Assembly: GCA_040182905.1 (NCBI GenBank)
Contig: JARQWU010000090.1
Span: 1-35,173, forward strand
DNA from: Barthelona sp. PAP020
Lineage: Eukaryota
Reading direction: 5' to 3'
Length of the DNA: 35,173 nucleotides
This document shows, piece by piece, positions 1-9,251 of the stretch (positions within the stretch are counted from its first letter, which is position 1; the number at the start of each line of letters is the position of its first letter). The position numbers and the translations under genes were made by a program. The notes beneath the pieces are model-generated. The model was not told the origin of the DNA and searched no databases. It was given only the letters and a program-made list of their open reading frames with translations.

Positions 1-119
1 AGATTGGGTATTCGATTCTTACCCTTTGATCGCCAGTTTGCAACAAAAATAATGTCAACTTCCTTTTCTTTCAGTTCAATTATCTTTCTAAGGTATACAA
101 TATCAGTGTTAACAACCAT
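1..119 (-). CDS. 5' part of a hypothetical protein running off the window start (MVVNTDIVYLRKIIELKEKEVDIIFVANWRSKGKNRIPN...)
   Basis: ATG at 119-117, open for 39 codons to the window edge, with a T-rich upstream region on the minus strand. Too short for the ORF track; no family recognised. Confidence 0.5.
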   Translation of the reverse strand, partial: MVVNTDIVYLRKIIELKEKEVDIIFVANWRSKGKNRIPN

Positions 120-1133
120 TGTGTGTAAAAAAGAAATTAAAAAAAGCTAAAGTAAAATTTAATCTTTTGAAAAAAGTTTATAATATTTTTCCGGAACAAT
201 CAGTCGTTGTTTTAATTTTGTCGTTGTCCAAATGAAATGAGTAGATTAAGTTGACTGGTACGTGATATTTTTTTCAATGTGCTTTTGATTCTTTCTTAAG
301 ACCTTCTTTTTCGAATTAATGCACCCAATTGAACTTTCGCTATTGATTTAAACATTGCCAAAATGTCACACAATTCTGAAAGTCTGTCATGATAATGTTT
401 GTTCGAATATTTTTAACAAAAGACATTGTTCCAATTCATTTTCACAGATTTGTTGATGCAGTGATGGCGTTGACATATTTGCACTCACGAAATTCACAAA
501 TTAAACTTGCAAGAGTGCGATATGTATCTTCTATTGTTCTTCCATTGAAAGAACCTTTTTCACTTCTTCAATGAGAGTCTCCAACGTTGTTAGTGTGACG
601 ACCTTCAATTTAACTAATAAAAGCAACATCATTTATTATCAATATTTTTTGTTCTTGTTGTGTTGGACTCCAATAGTTGATATGGTAACAATAAGAAAAG
701 ATAAAAATGGCCTAATACTTTGCTCCAGTAGTGACATAAACTTGTTCACAGTGAAAAAGAACCCAAAGAATCATTTTAGTGAATTTCGGAAAAACTCAGG
801 GTGTGAGATCCAGACTGAAAGCACATTGTGTAAATTCAGGTTGTGTCTTTGGAAAGAACTTCTGACACTGCTTTTTTTGTATTTTTGCAAAAGCAAAATT
901 TCAAAATTCAAACTTTACCTTAGAAAATCTAAAGTTTTTCAACTTATCAATCGGGCCTCGAAAGCCATTAACCAAATAAACACTGTTCTTTTTTTTATTC
1001 ACTCATACGTACAGTGCTTCTTGGATCAGAAATATGATGTTAATTTTGTGGACAAAATAAATACTTTAAAGTTCTATTAATAAATTCATTTTTAAAAAAT
1101 CTGCTTTCCAAAGAACACTTCTTCAATAATTCA

Positions 1134-1190
1134 ACGATAATAATAATAAATGTTTATAAGGACTTTTACTGTTCTCGGTTGGAGCTTGGG
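1134..1190 (+). repeat. Direct repeat B, copy 1 (partner at 2102-2157)
   Basis: Hand alignment with 2102-2157 gives 49/57 identities with one gap (shared core ttataag..tgttctcggtt..gag..tggg). Confidence 0.85.
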
Positions 1191-1632
1191 GGTACTTCCA
1201 CCTGAGTCGTTATGCGTGGATGGTTCAGAACACTCTTGAAAAAAGAAAGAAATGCTTCCTGTTCAGATGAGGCGGGTATTTAAAGAAAAGTGTAATACTT
1301 TCCTTCAGCCCCTTGATTCACTTTGAATATATCCACTTATATTCTCTTGTAGGACTTTGATTTCATGTTGACCTAATTTATTTGCTTATATCTTTAATCT
1401 TTGAATTCTTATGATTACGTTTATTATTGCTTGAGCTTTTCAATTTTGATACCCATTAATATCAGAAATTGTAAGAAGAAACCTTAAATGTATTTATATT
1501 GTCTTTTATGAACTGCTACGAACACTTTTTACATTAAATTGAACAGATCTATCATTTCAAATTAATAGACTATTTTGTTTTTTCATTCTAAAATTTTATT
1601 CTTCATTATTTTTATTTCTTTCTTACAATATG

Positions 1633-1706
1633 TCCTCTCTAGCTCAGTACGGTAGAGTTTCCGGCTTTTAACCGGACGGTCGCGGGTTCGAGCCCCGTGG
1701 GAGGAG
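1633..1706 (+). tRNA. tRNA-Lys(TTT): tRNA-Lys, anticodon UUU, intronless
   Basis: Full cloverleaf: acceptor TCCTCTC/GGGAGGA, D arm GCTC..GAGT with AGTACGGTA loop, anticodon stem TCCGG/CCGGA with loop CTTTTAA (TTT at 1667-1669), T arm GCGGG-TTCGAGC-CCCGT, discriminator G1706. No encoded CCA. Confidence 0.97.
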
Positions 1707-1709
1707 TAG

Positions 1710-1714
1710 TTTTT
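1710..1714 (+). terminator. RNA polymerase III terminator (T5) of the tRNA gene
   Basis: TTTTT begins 4 nt after the discriminator base. Confidence 0.75.
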
Positions 1715-1787
1715 CCAAAATCCTTTTGAGGAAAAGGATCGAGTCTTTACAAACTGAAAACATGTTTCAACGACTGATTCATGATAC

Positions 1788-1855
1788 TTCACTTTGGACG
1801 AAAGGGTAAAATTAAAGGCTTTAATTTATATTTACTAACTGGGGTTGGAGAAATT
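1788..1855 (+). repeat. Direct repeat A, copy 1 (partner at 2031-2098), containing a 19-bp palindrome
   Basis: 62/68 ungapped identity with 2031-2098 (offset 243 bp). Contains AAATTAAAG-G-CTTTAATTT at 1809-1827. Confidence 0.9.
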
Positions 1856-2030
1856 ACTCCATGGTATCTTTGCTGTTTTGGTCAACCGATTCAGAATTCT
1901 TTGAGTCTGGAAAAAAAAAAAAAAAACTCATAATTTCTTGTGGGATTATTAGCTTTATATGCAGGAGTATTTTGGTTAGTTCTTCCTTTGCGTCTTCTTT
2001 CGGTGAAATTTTTGTTGTTGCCAAATTAAT

Positions 2031-2157
2031 TTCACGTTAGACGAAAGGGCAAAATTAAAGGCTTTAATTTACATTTACTAACTGGGGTTGGGAAAATTCA
2101 CACGAAAATAATAATAAATGCTTATAAGACCTTTATTGTTCTCGGTTAGAGTATGGG
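2031..2157 (+). repeat. Adjacent A'+B' repeat copies followed by an A-rich tract
   Basis: 2031-2098 matches 1788-1855 and 2102-2157 matches 1134-1190. An A-rich run follows at about 2158-2176. Confidence 0.85.
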
Positions 2158-2232
2158 AAAAAAGAAAAAAAAAGAAGCTCTAATCTTTAATCACATAATA
2201 TTGTCTGTTCGGAATATGAAATGGGTATAGTG

Positions 2233-3987
2233 TTAAAGTAGATCAACAGAAAATGCATCACCACCTTTTCTTTTGGTAAATCCAACCATAAATTGATCAA
2301 TTATTTCTGTATTTGAATCAAAAAGTGGATGAGTATCAGGAAGAACTTCCCAATCTCCAATAGAATTACTGTCAAATAATTTTTGTTGCTTTCTATTGAG
2401 ATTCTTTTTCAACAATTTAGCCTGAATAACTTTTTGAGCAGGTAAATCAATATTGCAATTAACAGCAATATCCACACTATTCGTTAAATTTTTCCATCTA
2501 TCAGTCGCCATTGACAACAACTTGTTTCTTCTCTTTACCTCTTTTTCATCCAACAAATTACTTTGATGAGAACGATTCAAAGGTTTTATATGTAATTTGT
2601 CTTCATAAACCTTATTAACCTTTTTTTTAACTTTTCCTTCAAACATGAAAGGTGAAGGTTGAATGCATGAGAGGATGATTCTTTCTTCAACGAAATTTGA
2701 TTTTGATTTCTGGAGTATTCTATCTGGACTATCTCCACAAACATACCACTGATGTAATTTATGTTCAAATTGTTCGCACAAATCTCGAATTTCCTTGATA
2801 TTTTCTTTGACATTTGATTTTGGGAGGACAAAAAAAGATTGGATCTGACTATAAGATCTTGGGATCAATAGATATTCTACTAATTTAACATCGAATGGTT
2901 TTTTTCCTTTGTTCACTTTGGAAGAACCATTAAAACTTTTTTTTCTCCTCATTATAGTTGATTTGGGTTGTCTGCCTGTCTCATCAATACTGCTAATTAT
3001 TTTTTCTCTATCTAACTCAACCAAAGGAATGATTTCATGTGTATAATTTGATATTGAACGAAAAACATTTCCAGATCGACCAAATGGAATAACAAAGGTA
3101 TCTAGAGGTGACAAAAGAACTGAATCTTCAAAAATCAATCCATTTCCAGGAAATTTAGGTAAACATATACACTGATTAGAAATAACATTTGGTTTAGTAA
3201 ATAAATGATACTTGCTATGTGTTTTGTTTGATTTCCAAATACTCATATCCTTCGAAATATTTATCTCATTCCTTTTAAATTCTGAAACTTTTGAAATATC
3301 AAAAACTTTCGATACGGTCTCATCGCATCTTCTAATATCTCGATAAACAAATTGATGGTCATAAAGATTTATCCTTTCATACGTAACAAAAATATTATCA
3401 TGAACCAAACTGATGTTTTCAATATCATACCAAGGATATTGTGAAACTAATTTATTTGTGCGTTTATCAAGAATATTGAGACCATTTTCGATATTGCTCA
3501 AAAACAAATTCAAATTATTTGTTTTTTGTACACAAAAATTAATTTGTTTGTCAATATCAAAAATATATTCAATCTCTTGACTGTTTGTGTCAATAGATAA
3601 AAATCCTTCATCATTTATCAATAATAAAGAAGTCTTATTGTTATCAAATTTTATATCTAAAGGGATTTTGTTGTTTAAAGAAAAAACAAAATCAAAATTG
3701 GACAAAATTGTTCGTTCATTGTCAATAATTCTATCAATTTTAATATTAGATGATCCTAAAGAAGCTAATAATAGTTCATTATCATTTAAATACAAACTAT
3801 CTAAACCAATTATAGGAAAATCATTGATAATATTGAAAGATGTTTCAATATTATTATTTTCATTTGAAACAATAAAACATTCAATGTTTCTTTTTAAAGG
3901 ATCAATGATTTTTGATATTATGAATAAATCTTTTGAGTAAGAAATCTGATCACTCAATAACACATTATTCATCAATAAATGATTCAT
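2233..3987 (-). CDS. Hypothetical 584-aa protein with a probable N-terminal beta-propeller (degenerate WD40-like); possibly TAF1C/Rrn6-like
   Basis: Long ATG-TAA ORF. The first ~330 aa are beta-strand rich with blade-end motifs (LNILDKR, FVYRDIRR, LDIKFD..LLLINDEG). The C-terminal half is basic and helical. The CDS is solid; the product call is weak. Confidence 0.75.
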   Translation of the reverse strand: MNHLLMNNVLLSDQISYSKDLFIISKIIDPLKRNIECFIVSNENNNIETSFNIINDFPIIGLDSLYLNDNELLLASLGSSNIKIDRIIDNERTILSNFDFVFSLNNKIPLDIKFDNNKTSLLLINDEGFLSIDTNSQEIEYIFDIDKQINFCVQKTNNLNLFLSNIENGLNILDKRTNKLVSQYPWYDIENISLVHDNIFVTYERINLYDHQFVYRDIRRCDETVSKVFDISKVSEFKRNEINISKDMSIWKSNKTHSKYHLFTKPNVISNQCICLPKFPGNGLIFEDSVLLSPLDTFVIPFGRSGNVFRSISNYTHEIIPLVELDREKIISSIDETGRQPKSTIMRRKKSFNGSSKVNKGKKPFDVKLVEYLLIPRSYSQIQSFFVLPKSNVKENIKEIRDLCEQFEHKLHQWYVCGDSPDRILQKSKSNFVEERIILSCIQPSPFMFEGKVKKKVNKVYEDKLHIKPLNRSHQSNLLDEKEVKRRNKLLSMATDRWKNLTNSVDIAVNCNIDLPAQKVIQAKLLKKNLNRKQQKLFDSNSIGDWEVLPDTHPLFDSNTEIIDQFMVGFTKRKGGDAFSVDLL

Positions 3988-4010
3988 TTTTCATATCATT
4001 TCAAAAATTA

Positions 4011-4036
4011 TAATCAAATAATCAAATAATCAAATA
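4011..4036 (+). repeat. Short tandem repeat (TAATCAAA)x3 in a 134-bp divergent intergenic region
   Basis: taatcaaa taatcaaa taatcaaa ta, read directly. Confidence 0.7.
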
Positions 4037-4121
4037 AAATCCAACAAAAACAAAAAATGTTGTTTGAAAGTAATTTGTTGTTGTTTTTTATTCCTTGTTT
4101 CTTCACAAATAATTAACATTA

Positions 4122-5219
4122 ATGAGATTTGATGATGATGTCACCAAACGAATAATTGAACATTGTTCATTACGTGATCAATTACGTTTGAGATTAATTT
4201 CAAAAAAATTTGATTCCATGTGTTTACAATGTTTATCAGAACGTCAAAATGCTTTATTATTTGAAGAAAGAATTTCTTACATAATTTTACCTGAACTGAT
4301 TAAATTTTTAAGTTCAGCAGCAGAAATTAGTATTGAATCACCTTCAGATCGTCGTTCTTTAGGTAGATTTCCTGCTATGTTAAGAAATCAATTATCTCAA
4401 TTCAAACCTTTACGTCGATTAACTGTTTATTGTTATGGAAAAGATGCTAATCATTTGATTGATGCTTTTCCTTCATTTCCTCCTCAAGTGTTATTGTTAT
4501 TTCGTGTGGCCTCCATTCCTGAAACAATGCAATCTTCATTGATAAATTGGTCTCGAGTGATTTCTAATCTTTTGGAACCAACATCGAAAATTTCGGAATT
4601 AATGTTATCAAATCTCTATGTTGATAATACTGTTATTGAATTGTTAGTTTATATCATTAAACGGTCGACTTCCATCAAATCTTTAGGAATTAATAACGCT
4701 AATCTGGGAGACAACTTAGGGTGTCGTTTGTTATCACCCCTTCCTGAGCCTAATAAATTAGAACGTCTTGTGTTGAGAAATGATAATTTAGGTGACTCAT
4801 TTATTTCTCAATTATGTATTCATTTGAGGAATGTTGTTAATTTATATGAAGTGAATTTGAGTGGAAACGTCTTATCTGTGAGTAGTTTTGAAAATTTGTT
4901 ATATTGTTTGCTTCATAAATGTTCTATCAGAAGGTTAATTTTGAAAGATTGTTCATTATCAAATGCTCATTTGACCACTTTCTTGGATCTTATTTTTGAC
5001 TGTAATATTGAACAATATTTATTGTTTCAAGTCAGCAATAATAACCACAATACGACAAATTTGGATTTTTCTACAAAGGAATTATTCTTGGAAGAATTGG
5101 ACATCAGAAATAATAACTTTACAGTTCAATTTTTATATATTTTGGAAACGTTTGCAGAAAAATTCAATTTCAAAATTTTGTTTGACTCTCCCAATAAAAT
5201 TCAGATGAACATGATTTGA
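4122..5219 (+). CDS. F-box / leucine-rich repeat (RNI-like) protein
   Basis: N-terminal F-box-like FDDDVTKRIIEHCSLRDQLRLRLISKKF. LxLxxNxL-type repeats: LGINNANLGD, LVLRNDNLGD, VNLSGNVLS, LILKDCSLS, LDIRNNNFT. Confidence 0.88.
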   Translation: MRFDDDVTKRIIEHCSLRDQLRLRLISKKFDSMCLQCLSERQNALLFEERISYIILPELIKFLSSAAEISIESPSDRRSLGRFPAMLRNQLSQFKPLRRLTVYCYGKDANHLIDAFPSFPPQVLLLFRVASIPETMQSSLINWSRVISNLLEPTSKISELMLSNLYVDNTVIELLVYIIKRSTSIKSLGINNANLGDNLGCRLLSPLPEPNKLERLVLRNDNLGDSFISQLCIHLRNVVNLYEVNLSGNVLSVSSFENLLYCLLHKCSIRRLILKDCSLSNAHLTTFLDLIFDCNIEQYLLFQVSNNNHNTTNLDFSTKELFLEELDIRNNNFTVQFLYILETFAEKFNFKILFDSPNKIQMNMI

Positions 5220-5541
5220 GTTTAGTTTTGGGTTATGATTTCAATTTCAGTCAATGTTATTCCTTTTTCCCTGCTTTTTTTTTTCTTTTCCTGATAATGT
5301 TCTTTAAAAGGGAATGTGAATTTAATTCGTTTATTGTAAATATAGAAATATTTTTTTGTTTATTTTTATCCCAAAATCGTTTGATTCTAACCTTTGTTGG
5401 GGTTGGGGTAATTCAAAGAAATCAAAAAACCCAAAAAACCTTTTTTCAAAAAAAAAAAAAATCTTTTCGTTTCTTTTGTAGATTATTATTATTATTATTT
5501 ATGTTCACTTTGAAGTAAATCAAAACTTCAAAACTTTAAAA

Positions 5542-7209
5542 TCAAAAATTCAAATTTTTTTTTGCCTGCTTTAAAATTGGAGCTTCAAAATCTATTTTTT
5601 GTTGAATTTTTTTCAATTTTTCTTGTATAAGATACAAAGAATGTTGTAATTTCTTGGATAAATCATCTTCAATAGCTTTTAATTTCAACAAGTTTTCAAT
5701 TTTTTTTTGTTTTTTGAAAAGTTCTTCTTTCATCAACAATAATTCTTTCAATTGCTCTATTCTTTGCTTAAGTTCCATCACATTGAACTGATTTCCAATT
5801 CCTACATCATTATTCAATGATTCAAATGAATTTTGTGGGGTAGGGAAAGTTAAAGAATTGACATCATCAGAAACATCTAATTTATTCCGCGAAAGAATCA
5901 ATTTTGCTTGCATTTTTTGTCCAGGTAAAAGTTCTGTTCTATTCACCATTTGATTTTGCTCATCAAGTCCAAATAGAGGTGCGATTAAAGAAGATTGATT
6001 GATTAAGGAGGGAAGTTTGGAATTGTAATTGTATGCTTTTGTGATATCAGTGAACTGTTTGTAAACAAGACCTCCAATATTGATACCTAAATCTCTTTCT
6101 GTACTTTTTTTAGCAAAGCGCATCCATCTAGCAACAATATCCAACAACGCTGAAACATCACTATCATTTTCATCAGGAAATGTATCCTTAGCATTTTTAA
6201 CACGAATTCTGTGAACTTCTTTGTTGATCAACACATATTTTTTCATTAGTAGTGAAAAAACAACCAATCTTCTATGATTTGCTTTCAATTTTAAAGCTTT
6301 AATCCTCTTACTTTCAATTTGACGTTTTTCATTCAATACATCTTTAAAACTTTGAAAAGCCACTTTGAATAACTTTACTGTTGCAAAAGTGTTTGCTTTG
6401 ACTAGATTCTGTCGTTCAACAATTTTTTTTTCAGATAACTCTTTCCAACGATCAAAATAATGGTTCAAAACCAGCAAATCAAAAGAATTAGGCCTATTTT
6501 CTTCAAATACTTTCAAAAGTAGCCTCTTTCTTGTGAGCAATCTTTTAAACCCTGATATCCCTTCTTTAGCCAATAAATATTTATCATGTTGCTGAGATAA
6601 TTGATAAGAAGTGGTATAATTATCCCAAAAATTGAAATAAGTGGAAGCAACAGATTTATAATGTACACTTTCAAAAGTTTTAGCCAATAATTCCAACTTT
6701 TCATTTTTTTCCTTCATTTGTTTCGAATATACTTGCCATTTGTTCAACGTAAATATACAAACTTGAATTTGATATATTTTTTTCGCAGATCTTGCTTTAA
6801 ACCAAAATAAGAAAGGCTCTTTTACAAAAAAAGAATAACTTAATTTTTGACCAGCTTCGTTTAATTGTCGTTCTCTCTGTTCAATTTTTACATTGTTAAT
6901 CAAAACTTGAAAACAATCTTTTGCAGCTTTACAACAATAATGATGTTCAGCTATTTCTTTTTGAAATAATTCATTCATTCGATTATCGTACAATTTTATC
7001 AAATGGTTAAAAGCATATTTTAATCTTTGTCTTTTATTTAAAGCTTTTCCATATCCATTTAACATCTTTAAATATTGTTCTTTTACAACTTTTCGTTTTT
7101 CTTTCTTTTCAACAACATGTTTTTGCCACTTTTTCAGACAAATTCGAACAGTATTTAAACTATAATATCGAATGGATTCAATTTCTTTTGCTATTTGTGA
7201 TGCATCCAT
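5542..7209 (-). CDS. Sfi1-like centrin-binding repeat / coiled-coil protein
   Basis: Recurrent [F/L]xxW[K/R]-type units (CLKKWQK, PFLFWFK, TLNKWQV, YFNFWDN, YFDRWKE) plus W-less variants (AFNHLIK, AFQSFKD) in an all-helical basic protein, with a C-terminal coiled coil. Confidence 0.7.
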   Translation of the reverse strand: MDASQIAKEIESIRYYSLNTVRICLKKWQKHVVEKKEKRKVVKEQYLKMLNGYGKALNKRQRLKYAFNHLIKLYDNRMNELFQKEIAEHHYCCKAAKDCFQVLINNVKIEQRERQLNEAGQKLSYSFFVKEPFLFWFKARSAKKIYQIQVCIFTLNKWQVYSKQMKEKNEKLELLAKTFESVHYKSVASTYFNFWDNYTTSYQLSQQHDKYLLAKEGISGFKRLLTRKRLLLKVFEENRPNSFDLLVLNHYFDRWKELSEKKIVERQNLVKANTFATVKLFKVAFQSFKDVLNEKRQIESKRIKALKLKANHRRLVVFSLLMKKYVLINKEVHRIRVKNAKDTFPDENDSDVSALLDIVARWMRFAKKSTERDLGINIGGLVYKQFTDITKAYNYNSKLPSLINQSSLIAPLFGLDEQNQMVNRTELLPGQKMQAKLILSRNKLDVSDDVNSLTFPTPQNSFESLNNDVGIGNQFNVMELKQRIEQLKELLLMKEELFKKQKKIENLLKLKAIEDDLSKKLQHSLYLIQEKLKKIQQKIDFEAPILKQAKKNLNF

Positions 7210-7482
7210 TTAGAAAACATCGAACCTTAAATAAAGAAAAAAATTGTACCAAGTTACTTTTTTTTACTACAGATTTTTTTTTTTGGTAAATGAACCTTTA
7301 ATAAAAACAAAAAATCAACAATGTTCCAAATAAAAACAATTTTCTTTTTCTTTAAATGAAGTTTTTTAAAAAGGGCAGGTTATCAAAAAAACAAAGAAAC
7401 TATTGATATTTTTACTTTTTACAACTAACTGAACAAATTGATTGTTGATGCTTGTAAATTGTTTTAGATGTTGAGTTAGGCA

Positions 7483-9012
7483 TCATTTAAACATGGGACA
7501 AGCTTTGAATTTAGGATCGATATTATTAAATGCAAAAGTTGATCTCAACACCCAAGCAACACCATTTGGATAACTCACAATGGCTGCAAGAGCTGTTATC
7601 ATTAACATGACAACCAATTGAGATTCAATACTACTTTCAATCTTTCTAGGGACTCTAACGCTGTTCAATACTTTGTATTTATCAATGATATATTCAATGA
7701 GGTTCAAAATCAATGCCAAGAGGGGTGCCATGGGTAACACAGGAATAGCCAGGTATAAATTGAATTGACGATAAAAGATTTCCAAATACTCTTCACCTAA
7801 ATCTAGAATGGGTTTATCCTTTCCCATACAACAGCTTTTAAACATCGGAGTGAGAATTTCACTTGCGTTAAAGACAATACCGTCCATCAAAACCAAAGTG
7901 ATGTATTGAGTTGAAGATTCGCTTAGATAACAGATACCTTCTGTAGATGCAGTAGATGCAATATTTCCGTAGACAAAAAATTTCATTAAATACATGGACA
8001 TGACATTGCAGATTTTATAAAGGAAAAGTTTCATTGTATGTGACCTCATTTCACCTGAATAAGTTTTCAATCGTTCAAAGCTGGTGAGTCTCTTTGTTAA
8101 GAACTTTCCCAACCAATTCAAAGAAGATATGACCATTGAAACAATTAAAGTAGCACTAGAACCGAAAGTCGAATAGAGCCAACGTGTAATCAAAGCTATT
8201 CCACCAATTAATCCAACAAAAACAACATACGAAATGAATTGACGAAATAAACGTTGAAAACACCCAACCATCTTGTTTTCTTCAATTTCATCATATACTG
8301 TACCAACGAATCCTCTTTCTTGGAAATCAACTTTCTTACGTGCAATGTATTTTCGATACAATTGAGGTGTAAATAGCCAAGAAATTGCATTTAAAATGGT
8401 TGTAAACCACCACAACAATTGGGTTCCAGTTTTGAATGACCCTGATGAATAATAATCGATATCATACAATGAAGTTAAGGAACTACGCATTAAGTGTGGT
8501 ATAGTGACAATAGCACCCAATGCAGCAGCGATAATGTTGGACAACATCACGAATTTAACAAACAAAAAGTACAAACGAACACCTGAACCGTATCTATTTC
8601 CAATTTCTTCTAAGCTAGAAGAAAAGGGTAAAGGAGCTCCATTATCAGGACAATCATCAAGCATACTACCATCTTCTTTTGTGAAATAAATTTGCCCTTC
8701 ATTTCTCACAACTTTACAATGCTCGGGAATTGTAATGGTTTGATAATTTCTGGGAGAAAAGTTGAAACCCCAACCTCCAAAACCTCCGCTAGAATAAAGA
8801 CCTCCAACATTTGTTTGCATCATAGGTTGTTGAATAGGTTGTTGAATTGGTTGATTCATATTTTGCATACCCATATTCATATTCATATTCATATTCATAT
8901 TCATATTCATTGGTTGCATTGGTTGCATTGGTTGCACGGGTTGCATGGGTTGCATAGGTTGACCATAATTATTACTTATCGGTACTCCATTATTATTTGG
9001 ATTAGAATACAT
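7483..9012 (-). CDS. TMC-like (transmembrane channel-like) protein of the TMC/OSCA/TMEM16 superfamily
   Basis: LEEIGNRYGSGVRLYFLFVKF matches the TMC pre-TM1 signature (IGGxFGxGVxSYFxFL). LDLGEEYLEIFYRQ...PVLPMAPLL...YIIDKY matches the TMC domain. Many hydrophobic helices and an M/Q/P/N low-complexity N-terminus. Confidence 0.82.
   Translation of the reverse strand: MYSNPNNNGVPISNNYGQPMQPMQPVQPMQPMQPMNMNMNMNMNMNMGMQNMNQPIQQPIQQPMMQTNVGGLYSSGGFGGWGFNFSPRNYQTITIPEHCKVVRNEGQIYFTKEDGSMLDDCPDNGAPLPFSSSLEEIGNRYGSGVRLYFLFVKFVMLSNIIAAALGAIVTIPHLMRSSLTSLYDIDYYSSGSFKTGTQLLWWFTTILNAISWLFTPQLYRKYIARKKVDFQERGFVGTVYDEIEENKMVGCFQRLFRQFISYVVFVGLIGGIALITRWLYSTFGSSATLIVSMVISSLNWLGKFLTKRLTSFERLKTYSGEMRSHTMKLFLYKICNVMSMYLMKFFVYGNIASTASTEGICYLSESSTQYITLVLMDGIVFNASEILTPMFKSCCMGKDKPILDLGEEYLEIFYRQFNLYLAIPVLPMAPLLALILNLIEYIIDKYKVLNSVRVPRKIESSIESQLVVMLMITALAAIVSYPNGVAWVLRSTFAFNNIDPKFKACPMFK
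8872..8961 (-). repeat. Coding tandem repeats: 9-mer (PMQ)n followed by 6-mer (NM)n in the TMC-like N-terminus
   Basis: On the + strand, (catatt)x6 at 8872-8910 is followed by about five tggttgcat-like units. Confidence 0.9.
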
Positions 9013-9251
9013 TATAATGACTTAAAAATGTAAAATGATAAGAAAAATAAAGATTCAAAAAAAAAAAGGAAAAATCTATTTTTGTGAAAAAAAGAGAAGT
9101 TTATGTTTATTACATAATTACAATAAAAAACTTTAAAATTGATAAATAGAATATGTAAATATAGAATGTAGTAATACGAACAAAGAAGAAAAATCAACGA
9201 TATTTACACCACACTTTTATAATCAACAGAATACACAAAAAATACTTTTTT

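Noticed and set aside
389..1080. Plus-strand ORFs 389..574 and 571..1080
   Set aside because: F/L/K/C-rich composition typical of non-coding or antisense AT-rich DNA, with no motifs. Not supported as genes.
1583..1792. 69-aa minus-strand ORF
   Set aside because: It is the antisense reading of the tRNA-Lys gene.
2030..2150. Peptide RKGKIKGFNLHLLTGVGKIH read through repeat A', faintly like nucleosidase G-x-G-K motifs
   Set aside because: Too short, closed by a stop at 2147-2149 and without a start context; likely coincidence.
1134..2157. Repeats considered as a CRISPR array or LTR pair
   Set aside because: Only two copies of each, irregular spacing, no cas, gag or pol genes, no TG...CA ends, and a eukaryotic context.
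5216..5518. 100-aa Phe-rich ORF
   Set aside because: TTG start; produced by T and A tracts in the convergent 3' spacer.
7210..7260. Possible short GT-AG intron upstream of the Sfi1-like ATG that would extend the gene
   Set aside because: An in-frame TAA lies immediately before the ATG, so splicing there could not extend the CDS.
8692..9033. His-rich ORF (HIHIHI, HWLHWL)
   Set aside because: Antisense shadow of the (NM)n and (PMQ)n coding repeats of the TMC-like gene.
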